From a virus (Duplodnaviria; Caudoviricetes), in IMG/VR virus record IMGVR_UViG_3300042542_006078: DNA of 64,000 nt, one strand, 5' to 3'. Made by a program: the position numbers and the translations under genes. This document shows, piece after piece, positions 9,485 to 19,820 of this stretch. The notes below the pieces were generated by a model. It worked only from the letters and a program-made list of their open reading frames with translations. It was not told where the DNA came from and searched no databases. Each line of letters opens with the position of its first letter. Position 1 is the stretch's first letter.

Positions 9485-10077
9485 ACTACTTGGTGTCAAC
9501 ATTTCTTGATGAAGAGAGTTGGGAAAAGTTTGGACTTAATTGGTTGAGAAGCGCCAAATCTGCTTCATTACAGGCTTTGATTATTGGCAAGAATTTGCCT
9601 GAAGTCGCACAACAGAAAATTAAAGAGTTGAATTACAAATTTGTTCCAGTCGAAAATAAATTCAAGACTGATTGTAATTTTCATTACACTCTTTCACGCA
9701 ATCTTGAAAAAGGACAAAGATGTTTGTGGACAAGACCTGATTTGTTGCCAAAGGCAGGATTTGAAACCGATGCAGATGTTACATGCTCTTATTCTAATAT
9801 AAATATAAATGATTTGGTTTCTCCAGTCATCAATCTTTATGACAGAGCAGCCATGATCCAGTCTTTGCAACAGAATATTGAAAAAATACATGGAAAATAT
9901 TTGTCGAGTAATTACATGCTCGGAACATCTGATTTTTGGAATGGTCTTTTTGGATGCAGGGCTTACTTATTTGAGAAAGGATATTTGCAAGGAAGTGGAC
10001 ACAGCGATGATTTGGTATTAAACTTTTTCATAGTCTTTGCAAACTCTTTTTCTGTAGAAGTGAAAAACTATGCCTGA
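9481..10077 (+). CDS. Hypothetical protein
   Basis: 198-aa ORF, translationally coupled to the upstream gene. Confidence 0.6.
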   Translation: MNYLVSTFLDEESWEKFGLNWLRSAKSASLQALIIGKNLPEVAQQKIKELNYKFVPVENKFKTDCNFHYTLSRNLEKGQRCLWTRPDLLPKAGFETDADVTCSYSNININDLVSPVINLYDRAAMIQSLQQNIEKIHGKYLSSNYMLGTSDFWNGLFGCRAYLFEKGYLQGSGHSDDLVLNFFIVFANSFSVEVKNYA

Positions 10078-10185
10078 TTTCATACCAATGACACTATTTC
10101 ATATTGGGTCTTTTGTTTTTTTTATGATTGCAATGACCTTTGTATGTCTTTTTTTTATGGTAATATCGGAGCCCAGTGATAAAGA

Positions 10186-10617
10186 ATGAGCATTCTCTTA
10201 TTTGTTTATGGAACTTTGAAAAATAATTTCTCTCGTTCCCTTGCAAATTTCAATCAGCACTATTTGGGAACAGCAAAGACAACACCAGAATACGCCATGT
10301 TTGCTCTCGGTGGTTATCCAGCCTTGCTAAATAAAAAGCTAGCAGTGCAAAATGATGTCGTTGCTGATAGGTCAATTTTTGGTGAAATATGGGAAATCGA
10401 TGATGAGTGTGTCGTAAAATGTGATAAAATTGAAGGTGTTGATTTTGACCTCTTTGAAAGAAGCCGCATTGATATTGAGGAATTCACTTTGTTAAATTTG
10501 CCTCTTCATAAAAGTGTATGGCAAGATGTCGAACTTAAAAAATCTTGGGCTTATTTGTACAAAAAGCCGATTAGAGGTGCTGCAAACTGTGGCTCATATT
10601 GGCCTCGTCATGGATGA
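10186..10617 (+). CDS. Gamma-glutamylcyclotransferase (AIG2-like) family protein
   Basis: LFVYGTLK, GGYPAL, IFGEIWEI and CDKIEG. Confidence 0.88.
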   Translation: MSILLFVYGTLKNNFSRSLANFNQHYLGTAKTTPEYAMFALGGYPALLNKKLAVQNDVVADRSIFGEIWEIDDECVVKCDKIEGVDFDLFERSRIDIEEFTLLNLPLHKSVWQDVELKKSWAYLYKKPIRGAANCGSYWPRHG

Positions 10618-10642
10618 TTAAAATTTACGGAAATTAATTAAA

Positions 10643-11011
10643 ATGGTTATTTTTTTATCTTTTCTTGGCGGAATTTTATTTGCATCAACTATTTTCTTTT
10701 TGTACAGAATTTTTCTTGTTGGTCAAATTGAATCACTGCAAAATAAATCGGTTCTCGATGATCTTGAAATAGCTACCAAGGAGCAATTGCTCAAGGAATT
10801 CAGGAGCAGACCAAATAATTCATATATTCTTTTGATGCCTCTCAATAAAAAAGATGAAGCTGGCATGAATATTGAACTGAATTCATTCTCGCCATACGAC
10901 AGCGTTAGTCTTTTGCATTTGGCAACTTGTCTTATATTCCGTGACATGAAAAATAGAGGAATGAGTGTGCCTGATTTGCCTCCAATTGATGAATATGACG
11001 ATCAATTATGA
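10643..11011 (+). CDS. Hypothetical membrane-anchored protein
   Basis: N-terminal hydrophobic helix. Confidence 0.6.
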   Translation: MVIFLSFLGGILFASTIFFLYRIFLVGQIESLQNKSVLDDLEIATKEQLLKEFRSRPNNSYILLMPLNKKDEAGMNIELNSFSPYDSVSLLHLATCLIFRDMKNRGMSVPDLPPIDEYDDQL

Positions 11012-12150
11012 AAAAAAAAGCAAAAATATGTCTTAACACAATGGTCGCAAATGAATCTCATGTTATTTTGAGAATGTTGGAATCTTGTTGGAAATATATT
11101 GATTATTGGATTATTCAGGACAACGGCTCCAAAGATGGAACTCAGCAACTTATCACTAATTTTTTTGCTGAAAAAGAAATCGAAGGATTTCTTTATGAAA
11201 CTAATTGGCAATATCCCGGTATCAACAGAGATGATGCTTTGCAAAAATGTCTTGTCGCCAATCATGGTTGCGACTGGATTTTGAGAATAGATGCTGACGA
11301 ATCAATTCAAGTAAGCGATGATTTCGATTGGAGTCTTCTAGAAGATAATTCCATTCAAAGTTTTAACATTATGGCTTCTCAAGGAAATTGCATTTACCAT
11401 AGGTGTTGGTTGTGGAATGCTAAACTGCCTTGGAAGTTCAAGCACGACAAAAGACATGAAATTATTTACCTAGATGGAGTTGGGGAAGGATTCCAAAGAT
11501 ATCCTATGCCTGATGGATTTAGGCATGTTGTATTTGGTGATGGAAAATCTTGGTTCAATCCTACTAAGTTCTATGGCGATGCTCTTGAAATAGAAAAAGA
11601 TTTGTTAACATCTGGCAAAATGAAATCTGACTTTTATCATTTGTTTTACATTGCCAAAAGCTATCGTGATGCAGTTCTCAGCACGGATTCAAATTGGCCT
11701 TTTGGTGTGATCCATAGGGATGAATGCACAAGAAGAGCAATTTTCTTCTTTGAAAGATACCTTGATACTGCTCATGATTATGGAAAAAACAAAGATCCTA
11801 AATATATTGATGAAATGGGTTACATATCATTAATTTCAATTTCAGAATGTTATAGATTGATGGGCCAACACGAAAAATCACTCAATTGTCTCAGTGAAGC
11901 CGAAAAATTCTGCCCTGAGAGAAATGAACATTTATTGGAAATGGCTCATGTTTTTCTTGATATTGGTGAAAATCTAGATGCTTTAAGAGTTTTGATAAGA
12001 GCTTCTTCTCCTGAGAGAAAAAATCCTTTCCCTAATTATACTTTATTTTTGAATAATGACGCTTATTGCGACACAGGAGACTACATCCATCATCTTTGCC
12101 AAGAAATTCATCAGATTATTGTTGAAAAATCTTTGATAATTCAACAATAG
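11008..12150 (+). CDS. Glycosyltransferase family 2 with C-terminal TPR-like helices
   Basis: CLNTMVANESHVI, QDNGSKDGT, WILRIDADE; C-terminal helical repeats (PERNE). Confidence 0.85.
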   Translation: MKKKAKICLNTMVANESHVILRMLESCWKYIDYWIIQDNGSKDGTQQLITNFFAEKEIEGFLYETNWQYPGINRDDALQKCLVANHGCDWILRIDADESIQVSDDFDWSLLEDNSIQSFNIMASQGNCIYHRCWLWNAKLPWKFKHDKRHEIIYLDGVGEGFQRYPMPDGFRHVVFGDGKSWFNPTKFYGDALEIEKDLLTSGKMKSDFYHLFYIAKSYRDAVLSTDSNWPFGVIHRDECTRRAIFFFERYLDTAHDYGKNKDPKYIDEMGYISLISISECYRLMGQHEKSLNCLSEAEKFCPERNEHLLEMAHVFLDIGENLDALRVLIRASSPERKNPFPNYTLFLNNDAYCDTGDYIHHLCQEIHQIIVEKSLIIQQ

Positions 12151-12592
12151 TTTCATCGGCATTCTTGTGTCTAATCGCTTTGCCGCCCATTTCTTTCCAT
12201 TCTTTGATATTAATGTCAAGATCATCAATTAAAATGTTGTTTTCGCAGGAGTATTTCTTTTTCTTATCACTATGAGAAACGCACAATATTCTTGATGATG
12301 GGATGCCAAGATTGTTTTTGCACCATATTTTTTTACCTCTGGCAGCAGCACGATATCCAGAACAAGATGTTAGGATAAATGGATTGTATTTTTTGATATG
12401 GTCCCATAAAGTCGTGCAATCTTCTGTTCTAGGTAGATTTGCCCAGAAATCACAGTTTTCCTTTTCGCTAAGACTTTCCATGTGTTCGTAAAATTTGATA
12501 CTGAAAATTGGCAAAATGTCATATCCGTATAAATCATTCATATGTTTTTGTAAATCAACTAAAACTCCATCTAAGTCGCAAAAAATAACCAT
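12116..12592 (-). CDS. HAD-family 5'(3')-deoxyribonucleotidase-like protein
   Basis: IFCDLDGVLVD, FWANLP, ILTS, ILIDD...WKEMGG. Confidence 0.85.
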   Translation of the reverse strand: MVIFCDLDGVLVDLQKHMNDLYGYDILPIFSIKFYEHMESLSEKENCDFWANLPRTEDCTTLWDHIKKYNPFILTSCSGYRAAARGKKIWCKNNLGIPSSRILCVSHSDKKKKYSCENNILIDDLDINIKEWKEMGGKAIRHKNADETIVELSKIFQQ

Positions 12593-12705
12593 GTGTTTTT
12601 CCCTCGTTGCTCAATATTAACTTAAAACTGTTTGAAATGCTAGTTTACTATTTTTTCAAAACGCTGTATATTGAACCCACTAGATGACAGAAACGCCATG
12701 ATGGC

Positions 12706-12993
12706 ATGAGGAATCAGATGAAAAATCTTATGGGAAAAAACCAAACCTTGCAGCTATACAAGGTGATAGCATCTTATGATAAAGATATAGACGATTGGTT
12801 TGTCGAAAGATTAGAAGCTACAGATACTTTTTTTGAAATCAAAGTTCCTAGCCAAGAGGAAATTTGCAAAAAAGTTGGAGTGAATAGGAAAAGGCACATA
12901 GCATTAGTTAGTAAGAATGATGTTTTCATTTGTGAAAAGTCAACCAATCGTCCAGTGGCATACATGAAAAAGGCAACCAAAGTTGATGATTAG
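12706..12993 (+). CDS. Hypothetical protein
   Basis: ORF with a GAGG RBS near ATG 12718. Confidence 0.55.
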   Translation: MRNQMKNLMGKNQTLQLYKVIASYDKDIDDWFVERLEATDTFFEIKVPSQEEICKKVGVNRKRHIALVSKNDVFICEKSTNRPVAYMKKATKVDD

Positions 12994-13000
12994 CCGGGAT

Positions 13001-13297
13001 TCACGGATTAGTTTTATTTTCTTGCACTAATTCAAGAACCTTTGGCTTTTGGCCGATATATGTTTCATAACATTGAATGGCTTTTGTGCCATACAGAGTA
13101 AATGTATCTCCATATTTTAACGGTTTGTTCCAGTATGGAATAATAACTTGGACGCTTTTAAGTCCAAGTATTATATTTTCCATGCTGTTTGGCAATGTCT
13201 GACTTGCAAGTTCAACAGGATCAATTGGATTGACCCTGAATGTGTACTTGGGTTCTAACTTCATGTTTTTTGGTTTGCCCACGATTTCTCCTTTCAA
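13001..13297 (-). CDS. Hypothetical protein
   Basis: 98-aa ORF filling the gap between neighbours. Confidence 0.55.
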   Translation of the reverse strand: MKGEIVGKPKNMKLEPKYTFRVNPIDPVELASQTLPNSMENIILGLKSVQVIIPYWNKPLKYGDTFTLYGTKAIQCYETYIGQKPKVLELVQENKTNP

Positions 13298-13409
13298 TAT
13301 TTAAGTTAAAAAAATCAAATATTGATTTGACATGATCAATTTATGGAAATATTCTTAATATAAATCTGTCATCAAATGACGGATATTCGTTTAAGAATCG
13401 GAGGTCGAT

Positions 13410-14324
13410 ATGAGCGAGAAAAAGACTGATTCAGTAATTAAATTTTTTTCTGATGAAAATTCTTTCTCAAATCTAAAAATGAGGGTAGCTATACTTGGAA
13501 AGATGCCTGATTTTGTTTCTTTTCAAAAAGGCATTCAAAAAATTGAAAAGATCAAGATGGAAAAGATAAATCCTGAAATGATGCCTTGTTACAAATCTCC
13601 TCTTTTGACTAAGGAACAAGAGGTTCATTTATTCAGAAAGTTTAATTATCTCAAATATAAAGCCAATAGTCTTTATGGAATTGAAAAAGAATCCAAATTC
13701 TTTGATGTAAAGAAGAAATTAGCGGATCACATCTATAAAAAAGCCATCCAAACCAGAAACTTGATTGCTGAAAGTAATTTCAGGCTGGCTACTCAAATCA
13801 TGAAACACAAGAAGGGCAATCAAGACTCCAACACAGAATCCGTATTGAGCGATGCTTACTGGGATGTACTCAAAGCGGTAGAATATTTCAACTGGACATT
13901 GGGACTCAGATTCAGCACTTATGCTACATGGGTAGTTAAGAAGAACTATTTTAGAGAAGCCAAGAACAAACAGACCAACTCGGAAAAGTTGACATTTCTT
14001 GATGATTCAAGAGCCGAAAATATTGAAGATCGAAATGGAATTAGTTCAGAAGAAAAAAATCAAGAAGCTAGGCAATATATGGTCAATAAGCTTATAAACT
14101 TATTGATTAAAGAAAATATAGGAACAGATAGGGCTAGGCAAGCTTATGTGCTTGAAAACTACTTTGGTGTCAACGGAAGAAAAAAGCTCACCCTTGAGCA
14201 GATTAGCGCACAGATTGGCGTAACAAAAGAAAGAGTGCGTCAATTGAAGGAAAAAGGATTGCAGTGGATAAGGCAAAAGGTAAACGATCTTAATCTTAAC
14301 ATGGAAGATGCTAGTTACTTTTGA
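13410..14324 (+). CDS. Sigma-70 family RNA polymerase sigma factor (RpoD/RpoS-like)
   Basis: LLTKEQEVHLF (region 1.2), RNLIAESNFRL, KAVEYFNWTLGLRFSTYATW (region 2), LTLEQISAQIGVTKERVRQL (region 4 HTH). Confidence 0.92.
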   Translation: MSEKKTDSVIKFFSDENSFSNLKMRVAILGKMPDFVSFQKGIQKIEKIKMEKINPEMMPCYKSPLLTKEQEVHLFRKFNYLKYKANSLYGIEKESKFFDVKKKLADHIYKKAIQTRNLIAESNFRLATQIMKHKKGNQDSNTESVLSDAYWDVLKAVEYFNWTLGLRFSTYATWVVKKNYFREAKNKQTNSEKLTFLDDSRAENIEDRNGISSEEKNQEARQYMVNKLINLLIKENIGTDRARQAYVLENYFGVNGRKKLTLEQISAQIGVTKERVRQLKEKGLQWIRQKVNDLNLNMEDASYF

Positions 14325-15022
14325 AAAACAACATCCAAAAACTTGATGTTATAATTCTTTCTTATACGAAAGATTTGTGTTACTATGGAATAACACAAAG
14401 ATGCATATCATCTTTGTTTAGAAATAATATAAATTTATCATTGAATGTTATAGTTGTAGAAACAAATAGTAATTTAGAAAATGAATATTTGTTTTATAAC
14501 GGATGTAAGGTTGTTTTACCTTGCGAAGAATTTAATTACAATAAATTTATGAATATAGGACTTCAATATTGTAATTCAGAATTTGTTATGATGTGTAATA
14601 ATGATTTGATATTTGGACACAATTCGGCAGAAAACCTTTTACAAACTATGATAAGCAATGACATGAAAAGCGCATGTCCTCTTGAGCCAAACTGGCATAA
14701 AACAAAACTGAGCGAAGTGGAATATCAGTCGCCAATTTTGGAAGGATATGAGGTTGAAAAACATATTGTTGGTTGGTGTATTTGCGCTGATAGAAAGATG
14801 TTGTGTGATAATCAAATTTTGGATGAAAAGTTTTCTTTTTGGTATCAAGATAATGATTATGCCAATACATTGAAGAAATTAAACATAAAGCACTTTCTTG
14901 TAAAATCCAGTCATGTCTATCATGAATTTAGCATTTCGCACAAACTACTAGGAAACAGAGCGCACGAATTAACACATGGCTTAAAAAGCGTTTACGAAGA
15001 AAAGTGGCAAGGCAACTATTGA
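14321..15022 (+). CDS. Glycosyltransferase family 2
   Basis: DVIILSY, FNYNKFMNIG, MCNND, DEKFSFWYQDND. Confidence 0.85.
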   Translation: MKNNIQKLDVIILSYTKDLCYYGITQRCISSLFRNNINLSLNVIVVETNSNLENEYLFYNGCKVVLPCEEFNYNKFMNIGLQYCNSEFVMMCNNDLIFGHNSAENLLQTMISNDMKSACPLEPNWHKTKLSEVEYQSPILEGYEVEKHIVGWCICADRKMLCDNQILDEKFSFWYQDNDYANTLKKLNIKHFLVKSSHVYHEFSISHKLLGNRAHELTHGLKSVYEEKWQGNY

Positions 15023-15061
15023 CAATTTATTTTGAAATGAGACAATGAGTTTCTAGTAGTT

Positions 15062-15640
15062 TTGTTGAATATGCAAGGAAGTAATATGTTACAAGATGGA
15101 CTTTCTGCTTGTAAATCATGGAAGGGCAAAGCCCTTCTTGTTAACGATTTTTATCAGTCTAGGAGAATTGATAGTTCACTTGAGCCAATGTGGATTCATG
15201 GAGCATATGAAATTGTTAAAAATTATATTGATGATACTTTGCAAAAGGATCAAATTAAATTTTTCTATGATATCATTAGAAGTCATGAGTTGCCTGATGG
15301 ATTTGAAGTCCCATCCATGCCCAATGTTCCAAGTAGCCCAATTAGGATTATGCACGAAGGCTGGAAGATAGGTAGTCCAACTTGGATATTTATGGGTCGT
15401 AACCAACCGGGAGCAGCAGTCCATGTTAATGGAGATTGGATCGCAGTAAAAAGAACAATTCCTGCCGAAATGTACAAATTTTTCGATCCTCAACTCCCAG
15501 ATTCTATTTGGATGGCTTACAGCACTAAAAATCAAATGGCGAGTATGAATTCTTCTCAAGATGATGGTGGAATAGGTCCGGCCATGGATTTTGAAGACCT
15601 AGTTGAAGCAATTGAAAAGAAGATTGCACAGAAAGTTTGA
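15062..15640 (+). CDS. Hypothetical protein
   Basis: 192-aa ORF followed by a terminator hairpin (gataagcccc...ggggcttat). Confidence 0.6.
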   Translation: MLNMQGSNMLQDGLSACKSWKGKALLVNDFYQSRRIDSSLEPMWIHGAYEIVKNYIDDTLQKDQIKFFYDIIRSHELPDGFEVPSMPNVPSSPIRIMHEGWKIGSPTWIFMGRNQPGAAVHVNGDWIAVKRTIPAEMYKFFDPQLPDSIWMAYSTKNQMASMNSSQDDGGIGPAMDFEDLVEAIEKKIAQKV

Positions 15641-15735
15641 TTTTAGAAATCATTAAAATTAGGATTATTCTTATCAAAATGATAAGCCCCTTGTTGAAAA
15701 AAGGGGCTTATTTGAATTTTTACTTATATGTAAGA

Positions 15736-16812
15736 TCAATCAAGGTTTGTAATAATACCATCTGTTGCGCCAACAATTGCCTTCAATGTTAATGCGTTTG
15801 TGGTGTCTTTGATAGCTCTAACAGATCCGTCACACATGACTGCATTAGCAACGCCACTGTGGAAACTAAAAGGTTCATCGTTAGGACCACAGTTGTTTAC
15901 GCTCCAAGGACAGCTAGAAGGACCGCCAATTGGTGTTTGATTATTGTTAATTCTAGCCGTTTTATCAGAAGTGCTATTACTCGGACCAGACAAGCCGTTT
16001 CCGCTCGCATCGGGGTCAGCCCACGCATAAACACGACGAGCAGTTGTTAGGCTTAAATCACCAATTACGGGATGACCGGGAGCAGATACAGGTGAACTTC
16101 TTGCAGAACCAGCACCGAACATAGTCATTGTTGGATGCGCTCTACCAGCATCTTCAATTACAAGCAAAGTATTGCTTGTTCCATCTAAAATACTTGTAAT
16201 AGTAGATCCTTGAGCAGTTAAAGGTCCATAATATTTTCCTTTATAGCTAGCAGAACCAGTTCCAGATACTCTTGAATTTGTGCCTTCATCAATATCGCTA
16301 ACACAAGCAACCATATAGTCAATAACACCAAGATTTTCACCATTTGATCGAGCAGTAGATCCAAGTGGTGTAGAAGGACAAACAAATGTCTTTACTTGTG
16401 TTTGAGAGGCAGTCCAACCGCTAGGATAAGCTGGATCATCATAATCTCTTCCTTTTGCCAATGCGTGTAAAAGCGTTGTGTTGTATCCAGTCCAGTTTGT
16501 GTTCGTGTGATCAAACATTTTATATGTTGATTCTTGTTCGATGTAAGGAAGAATTTGCGTACACCAAGAATGAATCATATAAGTAGTAGTATTAGATCCA
16601 GTGCTATCAATTTGACCGGGATGAGGCAACTTGCTATATCCTGATTCAAATGCGTGAAATCCTAGACCAATTTGTTTCAAGTTGTTAGTGCAACTCATGC
16701 GATTAGCTGCTTCACGAACCTTTTGTACTGCTGGGACAAGAAGTCCGATAAGCACAGCAATGATGGCAATAACAACTAACAATTCAATCAATGTAAAACC
16801 CTTGCGCTTCAT
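15736..16812 (-). CDS. DUF1559 / prepilin-type N-terminal cleavage-methylation domain protein (Planctomycete family)
   Basis: KGFTLIELLVVIAIIAVLIGLLVPAVQKVREAANRMSCTNNLKQIGLG; DGTSNTLLVIE; C-terminal FSFHSGVANAVMCDGSV (H-X9-DG); GGAGG RBS. Confidence 0.95.
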   Translation of the reverse strand: MKRKGFTLIELLVVIAIIAVLIGLLVPAVQKVREAANRMSCTNNLKQIGLGFHAFESGYSKLPHPGQIDSTGSNTTTYMIHSWCTQILPYIEQESTYKMFDHTNTNWTGYNTTLLHALAKGRDYDDPAYPSGWTASQTQVKTFVCPSTPLGSTARSNGENLGVIDYMVACVSDIDEGTNSRVSGTGSASYKGKYYGPLTAQGSTITSILDGTSNTLLVIEDAGRAHPTMTMFGAGSARSSPVSAPGHPVIGDLSLTTARRVYAWADPDASGNGLSGPSNSTSDKTARINNNQTPIGGPSSCPWSVNNCGPNDEPFSFHSGVANAVMCDGSVRAIKDTTNALTLKAIVGATDGIITNLD

Positions 16813-17005
16813 TTTCTATTTCTCCTCCCGCCATATAATGACGGATTTTTCCCAATAAAGTAACGATGATATAGTAGCCAATAAAAATATAGGATTAAAA
16901 GTGTTTTCGGAGAATAAAAATTGAAGATTTGATGAAGAAAATTTTTCCAAAATAACACTTTGTTTCAATTAAAATGTTTGCTAAAATTAAAATGAAAGAA
17001 AAATA

Positions 17006-17500
17006 TTGTCGATGAGGTGTTTTCAAATGAAAGTGAAATTTTTCAAAAATATACTTCGCAATGGCGGTAAAGTTAGCTTTTTATTGCCAGAAAAAAAGTA
17101 TTTTCCCGGTCATTTCCATGTGACTGAAGTCGCAAAAGTGACAAAAAATTGCATTGATTGCGGCGGAGAATCAAGGCAATTTAATTTTGTAACATTGCAG
17201 CTATGGCTTGGAGATGATTTTGATCATAGGATTAATTCCCAAACCATGAAAAATATCATGGAAAATATTGAATCTTGTTGTGATGAATGGGACATAAAAG
17301 TTGAACTAGACAGCGGAACAACTGGTTTATACGATATAGAGGAGGTTATCCTTTACTCAAACCAAATTAACAACTCTAATAAAACTGGTTACGACAACGA
17401 GAACATTACTTTTCAACTAGAAAGAACTTATACCAACTGTCTTGCTCCACAAAAGTGTGGCTTGAAAGACCAAAGAGAATGCAGCGATTCTTGCTTCTGA
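17006..17500 (+). CDS. DUF6428-like protein
   Basis: HFHVTEVAKVTKNCIDCGG...LQLW...TNCLAPQKCG pattern. Confidence 0.7.
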   Translation: MSMRCFQMKVKFFKNILRNGGKVSFLLPEKKYFPGHFHVTEVAKVTKNCIDCGGESRQFNFVTLQLWLGDDFDHRINSQTMKNIMENIESCCDEWDIKVELDSGTTGLYDIEEVILYSNQINNSNKTGYDNENITFQLERTYTNCLAPQKCGLKDQRECSDSCF

Positions 17501-17525
17501 AAAGAATACTGCTAGGGAGTGAAAA

Positions 17526-17783
17526 ATGCTTGATGCCATCATGCCAGTTGTGCAACCAGAAATTTGCTTTTCAATCGAAGATGAATGCAAAGATTTTTCA
17601 GACGCTGATACAGTTAAAAGACTTTATAAAAAAGTCAAAGATGAAAATCCAATTGTTGCCATGTGGATAAAGAATTGGGCAAAGCAAACCAAGGATCGAA
17701 TTGGTTCTATGGCATGCGCTTTGATTACCTATCGTCTCATTCAAAGCCAAATTGAAGCAGACATCATGAATAGCAACTACTAA
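17526..17783 (+). CDS. Hypothetical protein
   Basis: 85-aa ORF with a GGAG RBS. Confidence 0.65.
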   Translation: MLDAIMPVVQPEICFSIEDECKDFSDADTVKRLYKKVKDENPIVAMWIKNWAKQTKDRIGSMACALITYRLIQSQIEADIMNSNY

Positions 17784-17850
17784 AATTCTTGGTTATCGAT
17801 ACATTTTTGATCTGTTTATACATATCTAAATGTGTCAATAACCAAGGAGC

Positions 17851-18255
17851 ATGATGGAACAAGACTGCCGAACCTTGGGCGAAAAAGTGAGTGACGGAGT
17901 AGCCAAATTTGGCGGGTCTTGGTATTTTATCATAACTGGTTTTTTTGTTATTCTTTTTTGGGTTTTTTTCAACACAATACCTTTCTTTTACCATTATGAT
18001 GGTTATCCTTTTATTTTACTCAATTTGTTACTTTCGCTTATAGCAGCTTTTCAAGCTCCATTCATTTTGATGGCGCAAAGAAGAGTTGAAGTCAAACAAG
18101 ATGCCATTTACAGGGCCTTGTTTAGGGAAATAAAAGAACTAGTCGAAATTGATCTAAGTCTTGAAAATGAGGTATTGGAAACAAACAAGAAAATGGAGCA
18201 AGAAATACAAGTTTTGAAAGAAATGCTCAAGCAACAACAAAAAGAGAGCCAATGA
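17851..18255 (+). CDS. DUF1003 membrane protein
   Basis: LGEKVSDGVAKFGGSWYFI...YPFILLNLLLSLIAAFQAPFILMAQ. Confidence 0.9.
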   Translation: MMEQDCRTLGEKVSDGVAKFGGSWYFIITGFFVILFWVFFNTIPFFYHYDGYPFILLNLLLSLIAAFQAPFILMAQRRVEVKQDAIYRALFREIKELVEIDLSLENEVLETNKKMEQEIQVLKEMLKQQQKESQ

Positions 18256-19151
18256 AATACCGTTGCACATCTACTATAATTTTTGATTTTGAAACTGATT
18301 TGCCTTATGAGCAAGCAATCAACTTGGCCAAGAATTATCTCGATGAGATACCAATCAAAGAAGGCCTAGAAAACACCAGAACAGTTTTGCAACTCGATAA
18401 ATTGAAATCAAAAGTAGAAAAAATTAAATTGGGCGAATTCAAACTTGATGAAGTATTTCCTTTTCTTACAGAAGAAAATTCTAAAAAACAATTCATAGTA
18501 GACGATAAAACTTATGATGTTAAGATGAATACTGACAGGTATCATCTTTTCAAAAACAATTTATCTTGTGTTTCCTGCGGACTAACCGGAACCAGACTTT
18601 TCCTTGAATGTCATCCAGCAGATATGAAACCTCATTTTAATCTATATGGGGAAGAGGACAGAAAATTGGTTCTCTTTACCAAAGATCATATTACCGCAAG
18701 GGCATTCGGAGGAGAAAACACATTAGAAAATTATCAAACCATGTGCAGCACATGCAATAGCTTGAAAGCTCACAGCAACTTATCGTTAGAATCAGTATCA
18801 AAACTGAGGAAAATTTACAACGATAATAGGAAAAAAATCACCAAGAAAAAATTGCATGTTCTGATTGAAGATGAAAGAAAAAAACTTGAATTACCTTGGC
18901 CTCATTTGATATATGAGCAAAAAAACATCATACCAAAAAATGGAATACAAGTTAATTGTGACTTGGCTATTATTGAAGAGGATGCAAATTTGATCTGCAT
19001 TCCAGAAAAACAATTGCCAGAATCAATATTGTCAAGAGGTTATATAAAGGATCAGTCTTATCTGGAAGAAATTGTTGAAATAAACGGAATGATTATTTGT
19101 AAATTGACAGATGGAAGAATTGTTCGCTTGAATAAGAAATATATGAAATAA
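18252..19151 (+). CDS. HNH endonuclease domain protein
   Basis: CVSCG...TKDHITARAFGGENTLENYQTMCSTCNSLK. Confidence 0.85.
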   Translation: MKYRCTSTIIFDFETDLPYEQAINLAKNYLDEIPIKEGLENTRTVLQLDKLKSKVEKIKLGEFKLDEVFPFLTEENSKKQFIVDDKTYDVKMNTDRYHLFKNNLSCVSCGLTGTRLFLECHPADMKPHFNLYGEEDRKLVLFTKDHITARAFGGENTLENYQTMCSTCNSLKAHSNLSLESVSKLRKIYNDNRKKITKKKLHVLIEDERKKLELPWPHLIYEQKNIIPKNGIQVNCDLAIIEEDANLICIPEKQLPESILSRGYIKDQSYLEEIVEINGMIICKLTDGRIVRLNKKYMK

Positions 19152-19193
19152 TAAATAACTGGTCTAAATATCTGTGTAAAATAGAGGTGAGTT

Positions 19194-19820
19194 ATGAAAA
19201 TAGAAGATTGGGAGAAAGAACTAAAAAAACAAATTATGGATGAGCCACAGACCGTGACTCCAAATGTAAATAATAATCCAGTCAATAATGAACAACCCAA
19301 TCTCAGTCAGCAGCCTAAAGTTAATGAAGACCCAAAATCTTTGCCACCACCAGTTCAGTTGGTCGTAAATAACCAACAACAAGATGGAAGTGGCACATGG
19401 ATGTTCGTTCTGATGCTTATTGCCTTGGCTGCGGCAACTTTGTATGTTTATGATGACAAGACAGGAGGTAAACTTAAGTCGTCTATCACCTCTTCTTTTC
19501 ACTCTAAAACAGAATCAAAGACGATAATTGAAAGATCAGATGCTGAAGTTGCAAAGTTGAAGGCCGAACTTGATAAATTTAGATCTGAAAACAAAGCATC
19601 TATTGATTCTATTCAGGCAAAACTCAATACCAATTCCACCAAGATTGGTTTGATGGGCATTCTTTTGAATGAAAATTTCACCATGATCATGCGTGGAGAA
19701 AATTTAAGTGACTTTATATTCTTTAATCGGGACTGGACTTTGGACAGAATGCCGAAGCATATTGAGATTACTGAAGATGACAGGGAATATCTGAAGAAAA
19801 TGGTTAGGTCGGGTCAGTAA
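19194..19820 (+). CDS. Single-pass membrane protein with coiled coil
   Basis: Central hydrophobic helix WMFVLMLIALAAATLYV; GAGGTG RBS. Confidence 0.7.
   Translation: MKIEDWEKELKKQIMDEPQTVTPNVNNNPVNNEQPNLSQQPKVNEDPKSLPPPVQLVVNNQQQDGSGTWMFVLMLIALAAATLYVYDDKTGGKLKSSITSSFHSKTESKTIIERSDAEVAKLKAELDKFRSENKASIDSIQAKLNTNSTKIGLMGILLNENFTMIMRGENLSDFIFFNRDWTLDRMPKHIEITEDDREYLKKMVRSGQ

Noticed and set aside
18252-19151. HNH gene as part of an intron or transposon
   Set aside because: No flanking intron core, terminal repeats or interrupted host gene visible; treated as free-standing
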